DNA of 63,461 nucleotides, the filler included, from Choristocarpus tenellus KU-1152 (Eukaryota > Protista > Phaeophyceae): NCBI GenBank assembly GCA_964200185.2. It is 11 parts of 11 records of this genome, joined end to end, with 100 filler letters (N's around TTAATTAATTAA, not from the genome) between each part and the next. Parts side by side here need not be neighbours in the genome. Positions count along the whole stretch, not along the records: positions 3,296 to 22,274 come from CAXNAD020000502.1; positions 22,375 to 24,895 come from CAXNAD020027116.1; 9 more parts are not named here. One strand, 5' to 3'. Both the position numbers and the translations under genes were made by a program. Positions 13,401 to 24,880 of the stretch are shown one piece after another. A model generated the notes under the pieces. The model had not been told where the DNA came from. It searched no databases and saw only the letters and a list, made by a program, of their open reading frames with translations. The stretch's first letter is position 1. The number at the start of each line of letters is the position of its first letter.

Positions 13401-16400
13401 CGGTCATATTGGGGTTTGAACCAAGGATTGTAGATCACCAAGAGTGGCAACAGATGCACTATTACTTGATTGGAGTACAGGGTTTTTTAGGTCGGAAAAA
13501 TGCCTCCCTACCCTTTCTTTCTGTGTGTTCGTGCACCCACTCTTTGACCTCGGCAAGGATGTCCTTGTCCAGGCCCAGAACGAAACGCCTCTCATCTCAC
13601 CCTTGCTCGTAGACCTTGATGTGGCCCTTAGTTATGAAGTCTCTCTCCCATTTACTCACAGTTTCCAACCTGACCATTGCATATCCTGCTGCCATCTCGA
13701 GCGCCATTTGACGGTCTTTCCCGTTGTTTATACACAGGTACAGGATTCGCAGTGTTAGAGCCTTTACTATCACATTTCCTCGTTGAGCACCGGAAATGGA
13801 TTGCCTTCTTTCGGGCTTCAGAGCCCTTATAGCCCAACCCGAACACCTTCTTTCTCGATTCCTAAGCCGCTCTGGCTCACATAGCTTCCAAATAATAGCC
13901 AGGGCCTGCGGCAAGTGTTGACTGCTAAGATATTCTACACCCAGGTTTTCACTTAGGCATTTCCTGAGCGCAATGGCATGCAGTTGCACTGCTCTCCACC
14001 CCAACCTTCCCTTCGGGCGGCCACTATGTTTCCTTCGCCCACCATGACCAGGCTTCCCCACAGACTTCGTCACTGTACCACCTGGTGATGGAATCGCCGC
14101 TCTCTTTCTGCTTTTCCGAGGTGGCAGTTCTTGTAAAGCAGTTCTCCGAAGTGATCGAAGGTCCAACCACGTTTGTGTGGAAATAAATGCTTTCAATGCA
14201 TCTTCTCTCAGTGTCAGTGTCGCGACCGCGTGGTCCATTTCACGATTCAATCATGCTGCTGCCCACACCACTCACACTTTCTTGTCACCTAACATCGTAC
14301 TCAGTTTCACACGGTACTTGTTTTTCCAGTCCCTCTCGACAGAGGAAGGTGCCGAGGGTAGATCCAGACGGCAGAGTGGCCTCGGCGCCTCTCCTTGTCC
14401 CACCACCGCGGTTCATGTTGCAGTGTAAGTCACGTGCGTGTGTCCTCACAGGAAGTCTGTAAAAGGCGTTAAAAAGACGTCCAGAAATCTTGAAATATTT
14501 TTCGGTACAACCGCACCAGTCAAACTTGGGCAGGGACCTACCCAGGACCAGTTTTCTCCAAGCAGTTCAGCCAAACACTTCATTTTTGTATCTTTTGAAG
14601 TCGTAACCTTCAAAATTGCACGGGAGATATTCCTCTACGTTTTTTTTTCCATTATTTGATCGGGACATAGCTCCCGTTCCCTGAAGCTTATACAAGCATT
14701 CACTACAACCCTTCAAAAGCTCTTGTCATAAGCTTTCATTTGATATCTATATTGTTATACATCTATTGCGGCTATACGGTGAAGAAATTCAAGATTGCCA
14801 CAGAGGGCGAAGCTACTGGAACCACTTTAACATTTAGAAGCTACGAAGCGTAGAGGATGGATTCGCCATAATAAAAAACTTCCATATTTCAGCATGTAAG
14901 CTACTTATACTGGAGTAGTTGGTGATTCTCGCGCAGTACTTGTCTTTATCTTATGAACTATGGCACAAATCAAATGTAAAAAAATATACCTGCCTTCAAA
15001 CACGTGAATATACAATGTGACTTGTTATGCAATTGACTCTGGTTGAGACGGTCCCAACGAGACACAACCAAGTACCACAACAAACCTGTAAGACAGGAAA
15101 CAGAGAGAGTTGCCAATGCCCTTTCTTCAGCACCAATTACCATACATTTATAGTCGATCACATGGACCACATAGCGGGGGGATTGAGGGAGATCACTAGT
15201 TGAACTGGTTATGCACATATTAAACCCCTAGCATCACAAACACAAATGTAATGGAATTGGAGCTCACTGAATGTCGATCACCTTGACAAGGTCTTCAATT
15301 GAGGAGTGTGCGTCCTCGAGAAGATCCGTAACAATGGCTGAGAGAGTCTGCAAAATAGGGAAGCAGACCAGATGGCAATCAAAACGAGTACAGATCAGGC
15401 ACAAGGGCAAGCATGATGAATCCTGGTAGATGAAGGACAGTGCAGAAACAAAGGAGTTTGGGGAGAAGCAAGGGGATGTGACAGTCCAGCAAAGTAGCAA
15501 AAACTGAACAACATGTGAGCTGAGAACTCAACCCTCAATCTCACCTTTTGTGAGCTGACTTCCTCAAGCATTTTGAGCATTGCATCACACCACCTTAGAG
15601 ATTTGGCCATATCCCTCTCGTTCTCCTTGTAGTCAGTTGTCAGAGTAGCCATCATCCCAATGAGGGTTGCTGTCTCCTTTAGGAGTGGCAATGTGGAACT
15701 AGAAGCGAGCTGAAGAGCAGCTGAAGCAACCCGTTTCGACATTTCTGACAGGCTTCCGATCTCACCAATGTTATCAACACCAGCACATAAAATACCAGAC
15801 CCCACCACAACAGCGGGTAACACTCCAACATGATTTTCCTTTTCACTTGCACAGTCGTCCAGACCGTTAAACATCCCCAACTCTACCCCATCCTCATCTG
15901 TCTGATTTCTTGACTTTCCTTGGACATCCCCCTTGCCTCGCTTATGACCCTCATCTACTGGACCCATGTGACGTAGCAACACCCTGTGACCAGACATGTC
16001 AACAGCGAGCTCGAAGGGAAATGAAGCTGTGCTTGTCCTCATAGGTGTTTGCCTCTGACAAACCTTGAGCGGTGAAGGAGGATGGAGTCGCCTCCAAACC
16101 AAGATAGAAACAGACAACACCACTGCCGTGGCACCAACCGCCAAGCCAATCACAAGTGCAAAAGATGAGCTGGAGCTGGAACAACAATATGGGATGGGTG
16201 AGTGTCAATCGTGAGTGCAGGTTTGTCGAATTTTCGTGTGAGAATAAATTTCCTCATCAACTTCAGGAAAGCTCTCCAAGGTCTTTGCCACAATAGCATC
16301 AGTGCAAGGTATGGCAGGTTGGGAATGCCAACTGGAGAATGAGTGTTGTGCAACGGATAGCTGAGGCGCACACGTGCAAGTAAGGTATCTATAATTAACA

Positions 16401-18114
16401 TGTAGCACAAGAGGTGAAGGTGGATGATCGAAGTGAGCAGAAGGATCCTACTCGTACCACTATGTATCAGCCGTACCAGCCATCCCAAATGTACATCCGA
16501 GAGAGAGGTATTTCCTTCTTCAGCAAAGAAGTAATTTAACATACTACTATTACTTCATTCTCCATGAAGTTTACATCCTTCTGCCACCTGTTATCCAGTG
16601 TCTTGCTTCCACATCCATATATTGATACAATATGTGCATAAATAGAAGTTTCATGATGCTACATTGGGTAGGTTTAAACTCTCACAGTACCTCAGGATAA
16701 TACCTGGGCATTTGAAGCATCCAAAATCACGGTGCCACAGTTTCTATGTTGGTTGAGGGGGAAGATACTACCTTATTTCTGGAATGTGCAGCAACAAGAA
16801 GGTTGCTATTGCTTCTCCTTACCACAAAAGAAGAATACTTTGCATACCTTTGTTGACTTGCTGTCATGTCTCTATTTCAGAGGGCTAGTACCATAGGTTT
16901 GTGTGGGACGCAACCAACTGAAAAAAAGTTGGGAAAGGGGGCATAACTACGATCATGAGGAGAACAAAGAAATAAGTTCAATGTAGGGGTCCTGATGCTT
17001 ACCTTGAAATGTTTTCATACCATGTGACGCGGTGATCGTCGGCAGAAGTGGAAAGAACATCTATGTCACCATCGCCATCCAGATCCACTGCGATGACAGA
17101 GGTTGATCCCTCTGCCTCTGATGTAAGTAACTTGTCACTAGAGAAGGTGCCACTGCCCAAGTTCTCATACCATCTCACGCTGTCATCGTCAAAAGATGCG
17201 GAAAGGACGTCTATATCACCATCCCCATCCAGATCTGCTGCATAGATGTAATAGGCACCTAATGCCTCCGAAAAAATGTCTGTTCCACTTGAAAATGTTC
17301 CGTTTCCATCAATATTCTCATACCATCGGATCGAATGGTTATCATGATTAGCTGAGACCACATCCAAGTCTTCATCACCGTCTAGGTCGGCTGCATAGAT
17401 GCTGTATACTTCTGGAACGTCTGAAGCGATAACTGTACCATTTGTGAAATTTCCCAAGCCATCCAAATTTTCAAACCATCTCACACTACCATCAATTCGC
17501 GATGCAGAGAGCACATCCATGTCACCATCACCATCAATGTCGACTGCAGAAACAGACCAGACCCCTTTTGCTTCAAGTGTTATGGTCTTGTTTGTTGTGA
17601 AGTTTCCATTCACATTCTCAAACCACACAATTAAGCCTGTGTCAAAAGAGCCAGTTAGTATATCCTTATCCCCGTCATTGTCAAGGTCTTCCACATATAG
17701 AGCATAAGGTTCCACCAACATCATAGATGTGATGACCACTCCCTCAAAAAATTCACCACCCTCATTCTCATACCAAACCACATAGTCGTCGAAGAAAGAA
17801 GTCGCCAGTACATCCATATCTCCATCGCCATCTAGATCAGCAGCAAACACATGACCTGCCCCATTGACCTTTGAGCTTATTACCGTTCCTTGCGAAAACT
17901 GCCCAAAGCCATCCTCATTCTCATACCATTGTATTGTGTCATCCTCCCAAGATGCTGACAGTACGTCAAGGTCACCATCTCCATCCAGGTCAGCAGCAAA
18001 CACTGTCTGCGCTTCTGAAGCCGATGTTGAAAGATCAGTTCCACTGGAGAAGGTCACAGCAGCAGCACCCTGAGCCCACACCACAAAAAACACAACTTGT
18101 ATCCACATGGTCAT
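8892..18114 (-). CDS. Receptor-like kinase: signal peptide + 7x FG-GAP beta-propeller + TM + MLKL-like four-helix bundle/brace + non-RD TKL kinase (963 aa)
   Basis: Model: complement(join(8892..9263,9934..10458,12022..12207,15282..15347,15545..16175,17003..18114)) = 2892 nt, open throughout and phase-consistent. All introns are GT-AG except one GC-AG. Signal peptide MTMWIQVVFFVVWAQGAAA; seven DxDxDxDxD motifs; TM FALVIGLAVGATAVVLSVSILVW followed by RR; kinase motifs GKGGFG, AAK, HGDLKSAN, DFG, WSAPE, SDVYSFG, RPPF. Confidence 0.85.
13400..14680 (-). mobile_element. Truncated IS630/Tc1/mariner-like transposase (N-terminal/HTH region) inside intron 3 of the receptor kinase
   Basis: ORF 13597-14250 ends 'ALEMAAGYAMVRLETVSKWERDFITKGHIKVYEQG*' and continues in frame as 'DERRFVLGLDKDILAEVKEWVHEH'. 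This fits the N-terminal region of DDE_3-type transposases. No catalytic domain is retained and the boundaries are approximate. Confidence 0.5.
15545..16175 (-). CDS. Exon 2 of the receptor kinase: TM helix, cytoplasmic linker and first helices of the MLKL-like bundle
   Basis: Acceptor ttgttccag|C and donor AAG|GTGAGA. A hydrophobic 23-mer is followed by RR; later comes PLLKETATLIGMMATLTTDYKENERDMAKSLRWCDAMLKMLEE. Confidence 0.8.
17003..18114 (-). CDS. Exon 1 of the receptor kinase: signal peptide and FG-GAP (integrin-alpha/VCBS-like) seven-bladed propeller
   Basis: Seven repeats of consensus A..V.AADLDGDGD.DVLSAS..D..V.WYEN..G.F. The exon ends at AG|GTAAG (phase 2). Confidence 0.92.
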
Positions 18115-20369
18115 ACAACCTGCTGGTGTGATTGAGTGGGGAAAGGTGGGAAGGGGACAGGGACAGGTGCAGCCCCGAATGTGAGGAACATGACTCACAG
18201 AAAGAGTAGAAGGCAGAACCAGGTTCTTTGCTGTACAGATGCAAGTAGTGAGGAAAGCTGGACGAAATAGAAATCCCAGGTGTTCCCTGCATGACTGATT
18301 CCGGAAACAAGCCTCATATACAGGCAGCCTTAAACCAGGACATGAACAACAAAATTAGAAATCCATATCATCAGCACATAGGTAGACTCAGTCCAACAGA
18401 ATCAAGTGCAGAATAACCCATGTGGGTCGATTTTGATTGCATCTACTATCACATAGTCAACTCGAACAATGTAGGAGAAAAGTGTAGTCATCATCAATTA
18501 CTCAGTACAAGTCTTGGTGAAGGCCCAGCCGTGCACATGCAAGTCAACGAACAATAGTCTTGTTCGACTGAACTCAGGCTGTACTTGCTTGACATGAGAT
18601 TAAAGGCTTCCTATAACCTGTTTCCTGTCTACTACAGCACTAAGGGCATCATATAGCATCCACCCTATGTCACTATTAATTCACCCTCCACCAACAATGT
18701 ATTGCATTCCCTCACCCTCATTTTTCTACTCCATCCTATGCCGCTCTACATCATCTGTCACAGCAGTACAGCAATACGTACAATACCAACTCTGACCTAA
18801 GAAACAGATCTTTTGCAAGTGGTAAAAGAATACTTGAGGTCTACGTATGTGACAGAAAAACGTTTGTAATCTCTTTCTGTGTTGTTCGCCACCAAAAGAT
18901 TTTGCACCTTTGGCCTTGTCCTCAACTGCTGCTGGACTTGCCAAAACCACCCTTCTTGGTCCTCCAAACGTACATCACGCACACGTGCCCTTCCTATTGT
19001 AATCGTTGATCCCTTCCCAACACTGTCGGGCACGCCCATCCTATGCTACATTATCAACCGTCCCTCCTCCTCGGGTACCAGTACTGACGCAGGGGGAAAC
19101 TCTTACAGCGACTGTACCAAAAGAGAATATAGGAGAAGCACCTTCGATTCTATCCTACTCCACTTATCGGCGATAGGCAGGATTTGAGTGGTCCAGGTCT
19201 AAAACCCTCCAAGTCTCGTTGTTTCCTACGCATAGGTTGAACTCTACCGACCATTGGCAATCATTTGCAAAGCCTAGGGGTGCCAACTTCTTATCGTTCG
19301 TCACCATGTGAGGTTCAGCATGCTTCAAGTATTGGGAAAAAATAATTTGCATAAGGTCTTTCCCAACATCCCTTCTACAAACAATGGCACCCTGCAAATC
19401 ACAGACTCCGCACGAAAACTTGCTGTGGGTAGTACATTACTCCATCCTCTGCGACGCATGTCGCGAATCTTCTAGATCTTCCATTCATCCCAAACCCGAC
19501 CAGATACCCCCGGCTATGGCCTGTTGGTAAGATCGATTCATCATCCCGAAGGACTACACGACAAGAGGAGGACTGTGATCGATTTTTGCGGCTGTGAATA
19601 TACTCACCCCAACCAACTACAGTGTATTCCATCTTTTTTTGTTCCATACATTGCGACGCAGACATTACCCAGCGAGTTGGGTACCCCTGGTCAGGTAAAA
19701 TCCGACCCAAACCAGGGAAAGCACTCTTGAGAAAATATGCAATTTGAGGATCTAATCAAGTTCTCGCTCCTCACCAAACCTTTTTCGGTTCCAATATCAT
19801 AGGAGTAACACCTAGAATTGCTTTCAACCCTGCCCACAGTCTGCTTTCTCTTTCCCCTTAACTCGAAGTGACCTCCCCTCCCCCCTTTCCTCCATAAGGT
19901 ACCCCACTTCCTGGTACTAGCATTCTATTATCACATCATCCAGAAAAAAATTGAGGGAACCTACCTGTAGAACGTTCCCGGAAACTATTTTTTTTTGTAC
20001 TCCATACTATTGCAAAAAGTATTTTTCATTTTTATTTATCTCAACATCCCCTTTTGTATGTAAGGTAAGTCTGGAAAGCATGTTTGTCTTTTATTATACC
20101 GTTATTGCCGTATGAATATACCGTTACATTGTGGTACCAATTACCAATTAAGGTTCTCAGTCAAGGATTCCACGGACAGACTTTCTATTTTTATTACTAT
20201 GCCCTCTGACATTTTGCAGATGTGTCAGGGGAAAAAATGTTCTTATAGTGTTCTTATGTTTAGGTTATTTTATTTCTTTAGGGCAAATAACTTATATTTT
20301 TATGCCCTCTGACATTTTGTAGATGTGTCAGGGGGGAAACAAGTGAGAGTTTATGAAGTAAACTGAGTT

Positions 20370-20520
20370 TTGTGGGCGGCGAATGCCCTTCGTCACTGAT
20401 TGCCAACCATCCCCATTTGATGACCAACCAGTGCAAATGCCCTTTGTCACTGATTGCTAGCCATGACATTCGATGACCAACCAGTGCAAATGGCCTTCGT
20501 CACTGATTGCCAGCCATCCT
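20370..20520. repeat. Short tandem repeat, about 3 units of ~52 bp
   Basis: The unit gatgaccaaccagtgcaaatg(c/g)cctt(c/t)gtcactgattgc is repeated just downstream of the YR relic. Confidence 0.75.
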
Positions 20521-20689
20521 TTCAACCCACACAAGTTCCCACTCCCCTCAACCCCACAGCAGTTCTCACACCACTCAACACCACTCCCCAATCATCCAAG
20601 AAGACATCTACCCCGCCGTAACTTGACCTCCCCTCCCCTTTCGGGGTGGATTTCTTCTCTCTCATCTCGTTACCTCCTGACCTGGTTGT

Positions 20690-22250
20690 ACCCAATCCTT
20701 CCTACTCTCTGCCAAGCCCTCTGACACTGACACTGGATCCTTCTGGTTTGTCCTAACGTACATCATAAACGCCCTCGACTTCCCCCTTCCTTCCCGCTGT
20801 ATTACCAGTTCTGATACCCCCATGTTCGCCACTCTCGTGGCTCCCCCTATCCTCCCTGAATGCAAGGCATACTCCTCGGGTTTTAACTTACATTCCTTTT
20901 GACCCTGTAAATGTTACCTCTACCTTTTCTGCCTGGTGTCTATCCTCCCACCTTAAACTTTCTACTCTCCTCCTCCATACTATGTCCCTCCTTACTGCAA
21001 AATCTCCATGTACTCCTCCCCCTTCATCCTAGGCCCGCAATTCTGAGTCTCTGACTAAACAGACGAACGAGAAACCCAAACCTAGCCTTGTCAGTTTACC
21101 TTCCATACCTAGCATTTCAGAGCCTTTCTTTGTCTCTACAATCATTCTCCATGTTAGGGGTCTCCTCTTACTGGGCTCGCTCCCTACTTTTGTATGACTC
21201 CTCCCTATCCCTTTGAGCACCGATTGGATCATGACATGTTGTGTGGGGAGTTTGAAGTTGATGACATGTTTATGGTCGGATTGGGTTGCTGCTATCTTAC
21301 CCTTAACTGTACTTACTTAGTCCCCTCTACTTCGGCACTAGAAACACATAAATTCTGCTAGGGCCTTCACTACCCATATACTCTGCTAGGGCCTTCACTA
21401 CACATAAACTCTACTAGGGCCTTCACTACATCTATCTCTCGACTCCCAGGGTCTAACCACCTACTCAATCCTCTCTATGTATGGAACTCAGACCATTGGT
21501 CCCAAGCTTCTTCATAACACTCCTGAGTAGATGGCGCAACCGATCCTCTGGCGTACAATGCTGCGAGGCACTCGGACACACCATCTTCCCTTCCCAACCC
21601 ATGGGCTGTTCCTGCCAGTCCATATGTGGTCAAACAAGTCACAGGTTAGTTTGAATCTCGTCCCTCTTCCACCTCAATACACTAAATGCTAGGTCATTCT
21701 TTCTCCCTGTAACGTGTTCCACTGTGAATGACCATTCCCCTGCTGTCTCCTATATCCCCATTATTCTCATCAATCCCCCCCACCCTCCTATCCTTCGCCC
21801 CTCCACGCTTACAACATCAATGCACTACTTAGTAGTTGTCCCCTCCAAGCAAAACTGGATCTCCCTTCTTGTCTGCCTTCCCTTTCACCTTCATGACCGG
21901 TATCCATGCATTCAGTACCATTCCTAGTAACTCTTAGACAGTGAATGATATGCTCCTTTCTTCTCCCTTAATCACACTACATGTAATATCACCCTTCACA
22001 TGTTCTGGAAAGTCAAACCTCCACTACTTACCCGTCTCTACATTGTACCCCCCTACTGCTGAGAAAATCGCATCTGAGTACCAATTCATCCTTGGGGCCT
22101 TGACACAAACCCTCAAGGAGGGGGAACTCACGTTTTCTCCCTCCTCTGCCAGCCCATGTTCTACCCCCACCTCCACCAATACAAATCTTCCTTAAACTCT
22201 CTCCCTATCCTAATCTCCCTATCTCCTTCTCTTGGGCCTTCCCCTTGTAC
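20690..22250 (-). mobile_element. Degenerate DIRS/Ngaro-like tyrosine-recombinase retrotransposon (YR plus upstream RNase H-like remnants)
   Basis: 'HSGRIGGATRVANMGVSELVIQREGRGKSRAFMMYVR' matches the YR HS.R.GGAT...GRW.S.af..YvR boxes. 'VLKGIGRSH...RRPLTW...LGFSFVCLVRDSEL' matches YR box I. 'EHVTGRKNDLA' upstream resembles the RNase H hv.G..N.lAD motif. Multiple stops. Confidence 0.8.
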
Positions 22251-23701
22251 ACCCTGCCCCCCCCCCCCCCCCACNNNNNNNNNNNNNNNNNNNNNNNNNN
22301 NNNNNNNNNNNNNNNNNNTTAATTAATTAANNNNNNNNNNNNNNNNNNNNNNNNNNNNNNNNNNNNNNNNNNNNCCGCATACAGAATCAAGAAGGCGGGC
22401 TTTAAACGAGGTCTGAACAGATAGATAAGTGATGCCTCTTTTTTTTTTTTCTATGGACTGCGCACTACTCCAAAAAACTTACTTCTGTACAATAAATGAT
22501 GCAACTAATACCATGGGGGGACACGGTACGATCTAAGGACATCTACCGCCAACATCGCCATTCGTTCAACACACACAATCTACTCTTCTACGCCTGGTCA
22601 TACCGTCCTACACAAACTAAACCCTAAACCTATCCTGACTGCCGCTTGCTTGGAGCCAGAGCAACCGAGAGGGGGGGTGCCGGTGAGCTATGAGGGGTCC
22701 CTCTGACTCTTCCAGTGGGCCCTTAGCATGTCATCGGAGCACACAGCCCATAGCTATGGAGTGCATTTTGGTTGTTTTGCGAGTATTTGGTGAGTCACCT
22801 CACCTTGCAGAATCAAGCTGTCCCTATCAACACTCTTTTCTTCGAATGTCTTTCATGCCCTCAAAAAATAGTTGAATATCCCTACAATTCAAACCTACAA
22901 CACCCCCCCCCCTCTCTTGGTTTCTGTTGACTCGCTTGGGGTATCAATTCTGACCCTGCAGAGACCTTCTCCTAAACATATATTATAGCAATAAAGAATT
23001 TCGGAGTACCTTATCATTCCTAGGTCACCTTCATGTCAAGCAGAGCAACTCTGAACAAAACGGGATACTAGTAGAGCACCATCCAATCGTCGAGATACAT
23101 CATTCAACAAGACCCCAATACCACCACGGCAAGATGGGCAGGGCCGGTCGGGTAGTCAGAGACGGTTTTTCCCACCAAGTGCTCTTGAGCAGATTGCTGT
23201 GACACTGAAGGTGAACTACCAAACAACACATACTTCGTATCATACAAGGTGGGTATCATTGCCTCCCTGTGCAAGTCAAGCATTTAGAAAAAGTAAACTA
23301 CTGTAGAAAGAATCGCACACACACACACATATATATATAACATAAACAGCATTGAAACCATCTCAATGGGTTTCATGGTACCAAACATAGACAATAAATA
23401 TACCATCGGACTTTGAGTCCAAATCGGAGATTCCTGCCAACCAAAAATAATGGAGGGATTGTGACAATCAATATGCGATTCTTAGAAGGTGCATTCCCAA
23501 TATACATACATACATACATACCGATGATGGTATATGTGTAACACTATATATACCATCATCAGTTTCTCTCAGGGCATCTTACCAGGACCGGAGGCTTGCA
23601 TGTCCACTGTTGGCCATATCATCATGGCCTGGCCATGTTGAAACAGTCGATGGCCATGGATTTAGCCATGTTTAAAATTGGTTTTACAGGGTTGGCTGTC
23701 A

Positions 23702-23740
23702 GTTCCGTTCCGTTCCGTTCCGTTCCGTTCCGTTCCGTTC
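23702..23740. repeat. (GTTCC)n microsatellite
   Basis: About 8 units read directly from the sequence. Confidence 0.9.
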
Positions 23741-24835
23741 ATATTGAGTAGTGACAGCCATGGCCTCAACCAAATTCGAACCTCCTTACACCTGGCCAGC
23801 CAGGGGCCTTGGTCATGTTGAAGTAGCAATGGCGATGGACTCGGTCATGTTAGAAAATCTTATCCATGGCCGGCCCAGTTGACTCTTTTTTTTTTCCCCC
23901 TCAGATCAGTAATGTCATGGGCGTGCCTCCCCATTTACCATTCACTTTCCTTATATCTTGAATCTCGTATCTCATACTACAGTGAATACCAAATACTCCA
24001 GTAAATATATCATAGATTAGTAGGTTGCTTTACATTTCAAAAAACACGGTTGTGTCTTACAATATTCTCAATCTCCAAATGTATGTGGCGATCAGATCTA
24101 AGGGACACCTCCAGTAGCACATCTCAGGTTGAGAGTCTCACTCAGTGTCTTTCCTGCTCACCAAGTGCGAGAGATATCTCCATTGACAACATCTAAGATA
24201 AAGAGATTCACTGAGGAGAACCTCTCTCACGCAAAACATTGCCAACCAATCCTCCCCTGATCCACAGTTCTAGTTCTGGGAAAAATCTCCAATGGACTCA
24301 TTGTTTCTGTCTCAAATCCTCTTGAGAGATTATGGTCTCTTTGAGACCCTCTTTGTGTGCTCCTTGTTTCTTTCAAGGCTGTCATGAATAACTTTTATTG
24401 GTTGTGTCATGTTGTGGACAGCTCCAATTCAAGCATTGGATTTGAACTGGAGCTGTTCAGTTGTTCCATTCAGGTTTGTCCTCGCCCACCTTGCTTGTGT
24501 AGTCAGGTGCACTGTCTTGAGGGTTGCCTTCACTGTCCAGCTTGGCAGATCTCACTGTTCTTCTCTACCTTGATGCTGTTCCTGTTCACCTCAACCCTGT
24601 CTCATCAACACAACCTGGTAACTGGAGTCGCCAACCACAAGCAGAAATCTGACCAATGACTCAATAGTATCTGGGGGGGTTATTGTGGTGGTCGTGGCAG
24701 CTGTCCATTTGGGGCCCATTTCTTCATGTCGCGATTTTTGGGTGACTTGGTAGCAAATGTCGGATGAACAATGTAAGTGCACTTTTCCTGATCATGACCC
24801 AAATGGACAGCCTGGTGTAGACCTTCCCCTCCCCG

Positions 24836-24880
<45 letters not shown>

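Noticed and set aside
18720-19900. Cluster of minus-strand ORF fragments upstream of the receptor kinase
   Set aside because: Looks like decayed coding sequence but could not be assigned to any family or joined to the gene.
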